From a virus (taxonomy: Duplodnaviria > Caudoviricetes): a DNA stretch of 64,000 nt. The notes under the pieces were generated by a model, which worked only from the letters and a program-made list of their open reading frames with translations, was not told the origin of the DNA and ran no database searches. The stretch spans positions 2,688 to 66,687 of IMG/VR virus record IMGVR_UViG_3300020045_010129. One strand, given 5' to 3'. Position numbers and translations under genes: made by a program. Shown piece after piece: positions 20,227 through 33,700 of this stretch (positions within the stretch are counted from its first letter, which is position 1; every line of letters begins with the position of its first letter).

Positions 20227-23200
20227 ATCTTATTTTTTACAAAGGTAATTAATTATTTTATTATCTCCTAATTTTTCGCCAAAAAAGAATTAAAAACAGT
20301 TATTCCTCATCTTCTATCACTAAATAATTAACATCTGTTTCTTTTGTCTCTCCGAGTATTGTTTTTACAGTTCCTTGCTTTATAATTTCGTTTGCTGTTT
20401 CTATTCCTTTTTCGCGGAAAATAAAGTCTAGTGTAGATTGCATAAAAATTTCTCTCATTTTCGTTCAAATATTGTAGTTAATACTTTCTGAGTGTAGATG
20501 TCTATTTCAAATGTTGGTTTTTCTTCTTTCATAATTATTCGAATAATTCAACCAACTCTACTAAATAATTATAAACTTCTGAATATCCCGAAGAATGTCC
20601 TTTTTGCCACGCGCAATTCCAAACTTTATCTTGTTTGTCTTTTGGAACTATATTATATAATCCTGCATCATCTTTAAGATAGTCTTCTAAGACTGCATGT
20701 AACTCTCTTACTGTTTCGCTTTTTCGGTCAGTTGCTATCTTATGGTTTACAACTTCAGCTTCATATTTCTCTAATTCTTCCGCATATTTTTTAACTTCTA
20801 TAGATGTTGGATTAGATTTTAGTATTGGTTTTATAGGTCGAGGTATGTAATCAGGTTCTAAGTCTTTAACGTAGTCAATTGCTTCATAAGCTGAAAACTT
20901 TTCTAAATCTAATTTTGATGGTATTCTCATATCTTTTTATTTTTTGTTTAAACTCTTTTCGCGCCGAAATAAAACCCAAAACAGAGAAATTCAAATTCTA
21001 ACTCTCTTGAGTTTAAGTTAATATTAATTGCAGGAATCAAAGCCCAAAATTCTAAGTTTAAGACGATGTTTATTTCTATTTTAATGTCTTTCATAATCCG
21101 TTTAGTATTTCTTGTTTAATTTCTTTTTCCCGCGCCTCAATCTTCAACCAATCGGTTGTGTTTTGCGATGTTAAATTGTCTGATTTGGAGGTATAGATTA
21201 AATCCTCTAAAAGAGTAATTTGTTCTTTTTTAAACTTAAAGATAACATTGTCTTCTGTACTTTCTCCGTCTTTAGCCCAAATTAATGTAGACTGACAACT
21301 TTTAGCTATTTGTTGTAAATTATAAACTAAACTGTTCTGTATTCTTATGATGTCCGTTGCTAACTTTAACTTTGTTTCTAGTACTTTTATTTTATCTTCC
21401 ATATCACAAATTTACTAATTATTATTTAGTTTTCCTAATTTTTATGCTGTTTTTATTCTTTTTGCGCGAAATAAAAAAAAACTAAACTTTAACAGCCCAA
21501 CTTGAAGAACTGCCATCATAAACAATTCCTCCCGAAGTATTAACTACTGTTGATTTGTATTGCTCGCTCATTCGTAATCCTTCTATACGCATTGGAGACT
21601 TAATCATACCTGTCGCACTTAAAAATAGCGTATTTTTAGGGAATTTTTCTCTTGCTTGCTCTAGTAATGTGTTTGATTTCATAATATTTTCTGTTTTTAT
21701 TTAATAATTTCTTTTAGTTTCTTAAATATCTCTGTTAAATGTTTTGCGTTTCCATAAGTATTTATAAATGTTCCTTCTATTTTTGTCGCCGTAAATAAAG
21801 ATTTAACAAAATAACTTTCTGGAAAAAATCTTGATTGACAGGCTTCTAATATATCAGGAAATGTTTCTTCTGTTGTGAATAAACCACAAAGCCAGTCGTT
21901 CTTCCTTTTCTTTATTAGGATGTAAGGGTGTTTAAAAACTGAGTGCATTAATACATCTCCAACTTTATATTCGCTAGGTCTTCTTTTTTCGTTTGAAGCA
22001 GGGAGAGTATTAAGCCAACTGACTAACTGTTCGTGACTATACTTCTTATCTTTTACTTTTTGTAATATTTCGTCTTTGTTCATTTTTCTTCTGTTTTATT
22101 TCTTTTTGCGCCAAATTGTTCTAACTGAAACATAGCTCCCTGACTATCTGCGCCAATGTAAATATCTCCTTTACCTGTTATTAACCAATAACCGTCTTGT
22201 TTACTGTAAAGTATTTCAAAATTTTTATCTATTGATTCAGCAAACTTAATTAATGTCTTTACTCTAAAAACTTTCTTTTTCATTTTTTATCCTCCGTATT
22301 TTAGCACCCAATACCCCAATAAGATAGTTATTTGAGTGATTAATATCATATATACTATTTTTCCACCATATCTAATATAGGTTTTAAAGTTATATACTCC
22401 TGTTACGTTATGATTAAGTTCAAAAAATCTTAAAACGTGTTGGTAAATTACTAATAATAGCCATAAAAATACTTCTTGTATTATCTTTATTTGTTTTTTA
22501 ATTTCTCATCTTCATCAAATTCTATTAATAATATTTCCGTAAAAGGAATTAACTCTAATTCTATCATAAACTCCCTTACTGTATTATATCTACTCATTGA
22601 AGTTGACGGCAGCATAACTGATGTAATTGCTTGTTGGTATTCTCTTCTTAATAATTGTGTTGGTTTCATAATTTTTTAGTTTTATATTACAAATATACAA
22701 ATAATTCGGCGGAAAAACAAATAAAACAGAGAAATTATACTTTAAAAACAGAAACTTCCCACTCTTCAAACTCATATAAACCACTCTCAAGTAAACAATC
22801 TAAATATTTCTGAACTAAATATATCTCATAAGTGTAAAATTCTGTTCCTTGTCTATGATTAAGTTTAGCCACTCTTAGTAAGTTTAAGTTACAATCAACT
22901 GCTTTTTTAAGTTTTTTCTGCGACGTTTCTTTTTTAAATGCTTCAATACATTTGTTAAGTGTTGTGTTAAATCTACGCTCTTCTGTTTTGGTTTTGAATT
23001 GGTACATAAATTTTCTTCTGTTTTTCTTTTATTCGGCGATTTCTGCCGCCATATACCAATCAGGCACGTAATTAAGATTATTTTCCTTATTAAATTCCCA
23101 ACAAAATTCATTTGCTTCTTCAAGGGTGTCAAACTCTTTTATTTCATCTAACATGCTTCCCCAACCTCTTGTAAATTCTCTGATTTCTACTTTAGTTTTC

Positions 23201-23465
23201 ATATTTCTTCGTTTTTATCTTTCAAGAATAATTCTATAACATCATAATACTCTATTTCTTCTCCCCAATTAACTCCCTCATAATCCCGCATAAAAATATC
23301 TGTCCATTCTTTTGCTAGTTCATACATTGCACCTCTTCCTTGTTCTTCATATCGTTTTAATATAACTGACCAAGCATCATCACCTTTCCAAGCTATTAAA
23401 TGTTCTGATATAAATTCTACTATGTCGTAATGTACTTCTAAATATTCTTCTAAGTTTTTCATAAT

Positions 23466-23930
23466 TTAAATGTTTAAATATTGTCTAAAATAAATTAAAT
23501 GACAGTATTTGAATTTCTTATTACTTCCGCAAGTACACTTATCATTTCTTTTTAAGTGTTTATAGTTTGTGTTATAGTCTTCTAAAACTTCTTGACCTAT
23601 TCTTTTAGCTTTTTCTCTTAATTCTTTTTTATTGTTGTCTATTTCTTTTTGCCCCGCATCACATTCAATAATTTTAGGTTTTTCAAAGTCTTGCATTAAA
23701 GCATCAATACCATTGCCTTGCATAAATGCTCCATAGATACCTAAAATATCATCTTGCTTTTGTTTAGAGTAACGTTTTCTTTGTTGTTCAATTAAATCTC
23801 TGTCAACTTCGTGTGAAAAATAAGAAGTAAATTTAGTATCACACGTTTGGCAAATATATTCTGAATTATGTATTGTAAAGTCATTACAAGTTTTACAGTA
23901 AGTCCTGTGTTTTGGATTAGATGTTGGCAT
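23466..23930 (-). CDS. SEC-C motif protein
   Basis: C-terminal RNDKCTCGSNKKFKYCH; N-terminal CxxC pairs. Confidence 0.75.
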   Translation of the reverse strand: MPTSNPKHRTYCKTCNDFTIHNSEYICQTCDTKFTSYFSHEVDRDLIEQQRKRYSKQKQDDILGIYGAFMQGNGIDALMQDFEKPKIIECDAGQKEIDNNKKELREKAKRIGQEVLEDYNTNYKHLKRNDKCTCGSNKKFKYCHLIYFRQYLNI

Positions 23931-26900
23931 AATATTTATATTTTAAGTTGTTTTTCGCCCGCCAAAAAGAATATAAAACAGTAAAGAAACTGCAAAAACC
24001 TTACAACAAACTAACCAAAAGTTATATAAGTTTTTAGGATAGTAGTTGAACAACCAAGTTATTCCTAAACCTAGTGTAGTCCAAAATGTTGCTATGAACA
24101 TTATTATAAATATAATTGTGGTAAATTGTCTCATAATTAAGCTCTTTTAAATATTACTTTTCCTTCTTTTAATAGGATTTCGGAAAAAGAGGAAACCATA
24201 TAATCCGTAAATCCCCACACATATTTATAATCTCTTGGAAAGTCCTCTCCATCTTCAAAAACTGCTCCGTGTGCTACTAAAGGTATTTCAGTTAAAACCC
24301 CATCAATTGTGTACCAATCGTTACCCGTGTACCTTGAAATTTCTAAAAGCTCTCCTAGTATAGCATCTGTATTAGTAGCTTTTTCAATTATTTCTTTTAA
24401 TTCTTTTTTTGCGGATTTTCCATCTAATTCAATTAGTAAATTCCCGCCTATTGTTATGTTTAAAGTTATCATAATACTGTACAATTAGTTAAGTTTATCG
24501 CTCTTACTCCATGTTCGATAATGAAGTAATCTCTATCTTGTCTTATATCTTTATTTAAAAGTAGCATTCCTTTATCGTAAACTTCCTCGTAATTGTCTGA
24601 ACTTTTAATTGTTTTATATCTTACTCCACATACAAGTTTAGAGTATAGTGTGAATTTTTTCATAATTTAGTCTATTAAAATTTCTAGTCTGTCTTGTAAC
24701 TCTTGTAAACAATCTTCTCTTGTTGCAAAATGAATATTCCATTTCCAACTCCATTTATTCAAAGGCTCGTGTTCTGAAAATTCCGCAAAAAACTTTGAAA
24801 CAGAAAAATCATTATCTATAAACCTCATAGCAATCCAACCATCTAAACAGTGAATATATAAACTACCTAATTTAGTGTTTATTTCTAAACTTAATCTATC
24901 TGTTTTTAAGATGCGTTTAAACTCTTTTTCAAATTTTGCTTGTGTCATAATTTAATGTGTTAATCGGTTATTTTCCGTTTTTGCCACGATAAAAAGAAGA
25001 TTAATAAAGGGATAAACCCAACAGCTAATTTCCATAACTAAAACTGCTATTAATTTCTCTTTGAATACTCTCTAATGATTCCCAATACTCTTGGCTGTCA
25101 GGTAATAAGCCTAAATTATAAGCTAATTTGTGATTGTCCTCACAAGTTATTTCAAATCCGTTCTCGTTCTCTTCTACTGTGAATCTTACACCATATTTGT
25201 TGTGTAAATACTCTTCTATTTCTTCAATGAATATCATAATTAAATAAGATTAAATTGTTTAGCTTGTGATTCTGTTATGTAAAATATTTCATCAGATTTA
25301 GGCTCATACCCTTCTCTTTTAGCCCATTCGCTAACTCCTGTTAACATACAAAAATAACCCCAATCTAATTTTTTGCGCAAAAAAGAATAAGTAAAAGATA
25401 TTTTATCCTCGACAACTGATTCATTTAGACTATTAATATATTCATTCTCATTATCTGCATTTGTTGAGGGGTTGTGAGCTACTAATTGTCCGTAATGGTT
25501 TCCTGCTCTAAATGCTTTTCGTAAATCTTCTTCCGTGTATTTCATAATAACTCCTTTCTAAATTCTAAAATTTCCTCTTTTGTTGCTAATCTCACTTCAC
25601 TTAAAGAACAATTTCCAAACATATCTGTTCTACAATCTCCGTCAGGGTGTACTTGAATTACAACTCCAATAGGGTTTCCTTCATCTCTATTATTGTGGAT
25701 TAATATTTCTCCTAATTCAAAGTTAGGGTTTGTCAAATCGTTATAGTATTCAAACAATCTGTATTTATTGTGGTCTGCTACTTTCATAAGTTTTTCGTTT
25801 TAATTTGTTTTGCGCAAAAAGATTCTTTAAATAGGAACTGAAATAAAACGTATATAATGACTTGGGTTAATACTTTCTTCATTAAAGGCTTTTTGAAATC
25901 CTCCCAAAGAATAAATTATTCCTTGTTCTTCTGCTAAATTCATAAAGTCTTTGTCTTTTATAGGAATTGCATAGCTTGTGTCAATTACATAAACTCTTAT
26001 TTCAACTTCTTGTGGGATTAATTCGTGGTCTTTGTCCTCTATACTTATGTGCTTATATAGGTTTTCAAATTGCTCTTGTGTTCCTTGTAATGTTATTGTT
26101 TTCATAATGTTTTATTTTATTTAGTTTTTATTTCGGCAAAAAAGTTAAATATAAAATATATCTTCAAATTCTTTTACTGTGTTTATACCTACTGATAGTT
26201 CTGTAATACTTTCTATCTGTTCTTTTAGTTTTTCCGCCAAAATCCTAAATCGTTTCTTTTGGTTTTTACCCCAACAATTAACTCTAAATATTCTACCGTC
26301 TAAAAACTTCACTTCAAATAAAACTGTTTCCATAGTTTCTAATTATTATAGTTTTCTAATTCATTTTTCGTGCAAGTATCAAAGCCATAATATTTGAGAA
26401 AAGCGTTAATATGGCTACTTGTAGTTTGTGAAAAATAACCCTCAACTGTCATTTTATTAGTTTCGTGGTTATAATGTGCTACTTTAGTAGTGTAACTATA
26501 TAAATAGCTCATTCCATCTTCTGTTTCTACTCTACATTTATCGTAGAATGATTTTCTTCCGTTTACTGGATTTAACGTGAAAGTTTTCATAATTTCTTTG
26601 TTTTTAAATGTTTTCATATTCTACTAGGTCTAAAGTTTTAAAATACTCATCGAAATCAGGTTCTGTAATCTCTTCAATCTCATCTGTTTCAAAATCCTGC
26701 ACGTCTTCTGAAAAACATTCTCCTGCAACAAAACTACTTAATAGTAGATTAAATAGCTGTTCTTCTGTTATTGTGTATGTTTTCATAATTACTCTTGATT
26801 AAATTCTGCGTTATCTTGACAACCCTCATACCAATAATCAGGACAATCGCTTAAACTCATTTTTTGTCCGCAAAAGCATTCAATACTTTCATCTTCCGTT

Positions 26901-29900
26901 TCGTGTAAAAGAATACTCCCACAATTACCGCAAGTTACTAAATTAAATCCTGCGCTTTGCATAGCTTCTTGTATTCTAATTTGATTTTCAGCTAATTCTC
27001 TATTTGTTTTCATAGTTGAAGCAATTATATTGTTGTTTTTAAAATCTCTCGTTAAACTCTTCTTCGCTTATTTCTTCAACATAATCTACTAAATAAACAT
27101 CTCCTTTTTCCTCTAAATATGGTGCAACTTTTTCAATATCTACTCCATAATCTTCAAAATCATTCCATTCTTCAGTGTCCATAATTCCTACTGAATAACC
27201 CCCTCGTCCATAGTTTACGTGAACATCATAATAATACTTTTTCATAATTTCTATTTTTAAATGTTATTCAAAGATAAGTTAAAACTTCTATATCTTTTAA
27301 TTAGGATGTTAATTATTTTTTACGTAAGTGCTTTTTGTATTGTTTTTGCCGATTTTCTAGGTTTATAGTTATAACTTCCAAAACTTATAACATTCTTAGA
27401 AACTGTTTCGTGCATCTTTTCGGTTGTTTCTTTACAACTTTTTGATAATCTACCTATTAACTGTCTATAAGTTAAGCAACCGTTATTAAACAATTCTAAA
27501 GTGTAAGTTGTTGTATGATAATCTTTACTGTCCGTATAACCGTGTTTTTCATTTGGAAAATAAGTTGCTCTTAATTCTTTTGCAACTTTATTAAAAAAAT
27601 CTTGCGTTGTGTGTATCATAATTTCTAAATGTGTTTATTAATTCTACTGTTTGTTTTTTATTTTTTGGCGCGAAAAAGGTTAAAAAGAATAAAATATTAT
27701 TCTACTTGACAAAGCCTTAAACCTATATCTGTGTTTACTATAACACACCAAGTACCTCCCTCTACAACGTGTTTTAATTCACTTAAAGGATAATCCCATA
27801 ATTCTCCTTCAAAATAATCTTGAATTTCTTCTAAAGTAGTTTCTTTATTATAGTGAGGATAACCTACTTTTTTAGCATATTGCTTTAATGTTCTTACTTT
27901 CATAATTATATTTTGTTTACGCAATACTACAAAGTGTGTAGTTAATTGCAATTAGAAATTCGGTAAAAAACTAAAAAATAAGTTGTTTATGTAAATCATT
28001 ATAATTAATACTCTTATCAACAAACTGTTTATCATTATCAAATAGGATATACATATCAACTGCAATAGAATTAAATCTATTATCTGTGTGTTTCTCAATG
28101 TAACCGTTTTTAGCGGTTGTTTCTCTTTTAGTTTTAGTACGTGCCATAATTATTTAGTTTTTGTCTTAAATCAACTGTTTTGATGCTCTGTTGTTCTTTT
28201 CTTGTTTCAATTCCTTTTTGCCGCGAAATTAAATAAAAAGAACGGTTAAATTTTAGAGTAAACAAAAGTGAGTAAATCAAACAGTTCAATATTCTTTTCG
28301 CTTTTATGGTCGCCCACTCGGTAAGAATAATAAACTTCAATATAAGTTCCCCTGTTCTCAAAATTTAATACTTCGTAATCATCGTAAGCACCTGTAAAAT
28401 TTAAGTAGTCTGTCAATAGTTTATAATAGTCCATAATTTTATATTTGTTAAATTTCAACTGCAAAAGGAATTTCAATATTATAGCTAGTCAATGTATCAT
28501 AACAGTAAAGATAAAATTCATTTTCTTCATTTGTTAATCCTCTTTCTTGTTCTAATAGTGTAAGAGAATATAAAGCGTTAAGTAAATGTTGCATAATTTT
28601 TATATTTTAATTGTTAAAAAGTGGTTTTATATTTATTGCTAAAAGCCTTAAATTCATCTCTTAAAGTTTTGCTCTCTAAAAAAGCTTTTTTCTTAATACA
28701 AATAGTGTCATACACTTCTATAATCCAATAATCAATGTATTCAATACTTTTCTTATTCACTACATAAGAGGGAATATTACTTTTGTAATACGGTGTAATA
28801 ATAGAGAATGTTTTTTGTAGATTTCCATTTTCTCCGTGAGATACTAAACTATTTCTTTTTTCTGTCTTTGATTTTAAAGGCGTAAATACAAAAGCCTTAT
28901 AACTAATACAAGATTGAATAGAATTTGTTTCTAAAGGATACCAACCACAATCTAAGGGTATTACTTCATTTGTTATTAAATCTTCCAAAAATACCTGCAC
29001 TCCCCACTTTTCATCTAAACGGCTGGAAATAAATACTTTTAATTTATAAATAGGCTCTAACATAATATTATTTTTTAAAGGTTAAAATCGCGGGAAAAAA
29101 GAATAAAAAACAGATTAAAACTGTTTCATAAAAGCATCCCATTCAAAAGGATTAGATAACATATCATTCATATTCTTATTATCGGGGAATAAACGTAAAT
29201 TTGAAAACATCTGTTTACTTACTGCAAAATCTCTTTGTATTGCGCCAAACTGTGTGATAAAAATACTGTCAAATGTACTGTTATCCATTTTAGTAATTAA
29301 ATGAAAACCTCCACGTATTTGAACTACTCCTATAACATCGTTTTTAAGGGTATTTAATTCTTGTTGTGCGTTTCTTATTGATTTCATTGTGATTGTTGTT
29401 TAAAAGGGTTAAAATTGTAGTAATGGTAAGTAAGGATTAATAAACCTTTGTATCTTATTTAATTCTTCATCTGTTAATGTGTAACGCTCTCCGTAATTCC
29501 ATCTAAAATGCGCTTTTGGTAGATTTCCTTTATGGCTTAGTTTTTCGTTACCGTCTTTATCTGTCCAATCGTGGTAATCTTCATCGCCTCTTATATTACT
29601 TCTTAGCCTTTTAGTTCCGCGCGAAAAAGAATTTAACATAATTAAAACGTCTGCTAAACCGTTACCCTTATCTAACATATTCTCTACTTTTTTAATCAAA
29701 GAGTATTGAGTTTCTGTTAAGTTTAAAACCTCCGCAAAAGAACTGCATTCTCTATAACTCTTATCTTCATTTTGAATTAACTGCTTACGTCCTTTATCAA
29801 AACCGCTATATTCAATATGATGACCATTTTTAAGATAAATATAATTCCAATTTCTTTGGCTTATACTTTTATTTTCGGGCGAAAAAACTAAAAACAAATC

Positions 29901-30624
29901 AAAAAGAAATTCTAGTTTCAATTTAGAAGGATTAATAAGTCCTATATACTTTTCCATAACTTTATATTTTTAGTGCCTTAAAACGGCTATTATTAATGTT
30001 AAATTGAATTGTAATGTATTTTGTTAGAATGATTATTAAATCGCCGTAAAAAAGATTGAAAACAAAGGAATTTAGAACAGAAGAAACTATAAGACATAAG
30101 TAACTCTATTCTCCAATATCTCACATATAAGACCCTCTTCGCTTTTTAAAGTAAGTAGAACACCTGTAACAAAATTTCTACGGTTAATTACTTCCACTGT
30201 CTTACCTATCCAATGGCTTAATCCATCATTTAAAGGGACGCTGTTTACTATTACTTTTTCTATTGCTTCCACGTGTATGTATTTTAAATTATCGTGCTTT
30301 AAATCGTTTATAAATATGCTTAATTAGTGTGTTAAGGTTGTTTTGTTTGATTATATAATCCCGCGCAAAAGAAAACAGAACGGAAAATTTAAACCTCTTC
30401 AACAATACAGTCTTTAAAAAATACCTTATCATTCTCTATAAGACTTAAAAGATACTCTTTATCATTAGAGTATTCAGGATTCCAATTATTAGGGTAAAAC
30501 CTATTTTCACTTTCATCGTAATTATAATCTGTTACACTGTTTAAAATGTAATATTGTTTTGTTGCTTCCATACGTTAATATTAGTTAAATGTTTTAATTA
30601 GTAGTTTGATTAAGTGAAAATTGG

Positions 30625-30710
30625 CAAAAATAGACAAGCAAAACATATAATTTAGACAAGCCTAAAAATATTGTTAGGGGTGTCCTAACCTTTATTTACC
30701 TGTGTCTAAA
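30625..30710. promoter_or_regulatory. Dyad-symmetric four-box operator-like site overlapping a TAnnTTTG box
   Basis: GACA at 30633 and 30655, TGTC at 30681 and 30703, and CCTAA/TTAGG are all mirrored about 30669.5 (AATATT). TATTTTTG on the minus strand at 30625-30632. Confidence 0.5.
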
Positions 30711-33700
30711 CTTTGTAAATGCTTATTCTCATTGGGATTGTTACCAATTAGCTTCTTTCATTTGCTTTAAGACTTCTATACAATTCTTTTTAATCTCTCT
30801 TAATTTGTTTTGTACGTCTTTACGTTGTTGTTTGTCTTTTATGAATACCATACCTCCAATTATTAACTGTTGTACGTACTCGTTTACTTGTTTATCGTAT
30901 GTTTCCATAATCTTTTTACTGTTTTTAATTTCTTTTTGCGGATTTTATGACCTGTTTTGCCTATCAAAACTCGTGTTTATTACTCCCAAAGTTATTTTTA
31001 CCACCTCTTTGACTCTTTATAAGTACTTTTTGTGGGTTATAAATTAAATATTTACCAGTTTCCCACCATTTTAAAGATTGATTTCTGTAAATTGTGCTTA
31101 CACTCTTATCAATTAGGCTTGAAACGGTTGTTTTTTCTTTAATTACATAACTTTCTTGGGTTGATTTATCAATTATTATATACATTTTGACTTGTTTTGG
31201 TTATCAATAAAAAGCAAATGTAGTATATTTATTTGAATTAACCTAATTTATTTTACTGTTTCTTTTTGTTTTGCCAAATTTTCATTATACCATTTAATAA
31301 ACTCTAAACAAGATTTATAGACTGCTTCTTTTTTATTTAGATTTAGTCTTTCCCCGTCTATTCTTATACAATCTATACATCTTTTAGGAAAGTGTAAAAA
31401 AATATCGTTATCGCATATATGTAAATGACCTTCTACACTTTCAATCTTTTCTACTACTTCCATTAACCAATTCCAATTTTTATGAAATTCTAAATCTTTA
31501 TCAATTACTTTATAATTTTTACCATCGTTTGAAGGAATTTCAAATATTAAATAATCGCCTTTTGTTTCTGATTTATAACCTAAAAATTCCGCTATAATCT
31601 TATTGTTTTCTGTTTTCATCTTAATAAATTTTTCTGTTTTTACTCTTTTTTCCCGCCCCTAAATAAACATCACTTTCAGGCTTGGTCTTTGCCAGTTCGT
31701 CTATTAACTGTTGTCTTATGTAAGTTGCTAGAACTCCATATTGATTTAAAGCAAAGTCTTTTGCTTCTTGTTCTGTTACTTTTTTATTTAGTATGTTTGT
31801 TACTGTTGTGATTAAACTGTTTTTCATTTTCTTTTGCGGGAATTAAATGGCTTTTAAAAATCTGTTATCGATGTTTGTCTTTACATTTATTATCTGTTTA
31901 CCTTTGAAACATTTAATTTCTGTTAGTATGTTGTGTTTTAATTCTTTTGCGCCCGAAATATGGTTTGATACTCTTACTATCTTGGTTCGTTGAGGTGCAT
32001 TTACAAGCCGTTTAAAGAACTGTTTTACATTTACAATAGTCCTGCCTATCTTATTAACTTTAATAGTGTTTAACTCAAAGTTAATACTGCTGTCTTTTAT
32101 TTTACAATGTTTATCTGTTTTCATTTTGTTTGCGGTTTTTAGTTTCTGTCTTTTAGTTTAATATATTTTGAACTCACATTATCCCAATTCAAAGCAAATG
32201 TACAACAATTAACTACAACTGTCTTTTGGTTAAATTTTGGCTGTCTTATACTACTTGAGTATATTGCTTTCACTTTGCCCTCACTATCCTTTAAAATAGT
32301 TGTTTGAGAATAACTACTTTGCCATTCTCGGTAAACTGTTAAGACTAACATTCTATTTCACGTATTAGAATAGATAATTCGGGGTTAATATTCCCTTGAA
32401 AATCTTTATCAAAACAACGTCCACCACCTACACAGTTAAAAATATAGGCTTCATCTTCATTAAGGTTTAATTCTTCCCTTAAATAATCCCACAATTCCGC
32501 ATAAGACAAATCAAAAAACAGTTCTTTTAAAGCGTCCTCACTTGCATCTGCTCCCCTTATCATATCACTAGACAACTCTCCAAAATTATCAGCCATATAA
32601 CAAAGCAATTCTTCTTTGTCATCTAAATAAGGTTCAATAGTTTCATCAAACTGCTCCCTACTTATTGGCTCAAACTTACTACCTGTAGCACCTTTAAAGC
32701 CATCTTCATAAGTAAATATGCCATCTAGTACAGTAATTTCTTTTGTTTCTTCATCGAAATTAACTATCTTGTTGTATTTTGTTTCAGTTCTCATAATATT
32801 ATTTTATTAAATGGTTTGGAATGCAGTATTTATTTGCTTGTTTTTCTGTTATTTCACCCGACTTTTGCAAATGGTCAACATAATTATTATATGCTTCACA
32901 ACGTGCAGGAATATCTTTTATCCCGTCCTGCTCGTACTGTTGTTTAATTTCGGGCAAAAGAAAAGTAATAAAAGAACTATCTACTTGGGACTTGTTTAAT
33001 GTTTTCATAACTGTAATTTTTATTTGTTAATTTATTTTTCGCGCAAAAAAGACTATAAAACAGTTAATTTAAAACTGTAAAAAAGTTTAAGTAAGTGTGT
33101 TTATAAAATATCTCTATCTTATCGGTATGTAAGTTTTTAAGTCTTACATGAATAATATTTGTAAACTGTGGCATAAATTCGTTTACATATTCAAATTGTC
33201 TTTGACTGGTATTGTGTAATAGTTTCATAAGACTATAAGTTTAATTTATTAACAACATACTCTATATCTAAGTGGTGTATAACTCTATAATCTTTTAGCC
33301 TGTTATCATTTATATATAAATCTAAATGCTTGCCTTTGAAATAATATTTAATTTCATTTTTGTCTAATAATTGTATTAATTCTTTCATAATTTCTTAATT
33401 TAAAACCGTTAATAAATCTATATTATAAATCTGTTTAGCTTGTTTAATAAGTTCACACAAAGAAAATGCAAACAAATTAAAATTATTACCTCTTAACTCG
33501 AAGTAACAACCGTTTTTAAATACTTGTATCATACTCGCCTAATTTATATCTATTCAACATATTTATAATACCCTCATTAACTTTAAATTTATCCCCTTTT
33601 AAACCAAAGTATTTCTTAACTATATTGATTTTAAAGTTTCTATTCGGTGTAATTCCTACGCAATATAAGTGCATATCTCGTTTAGTAGTTACTAAGTTGT

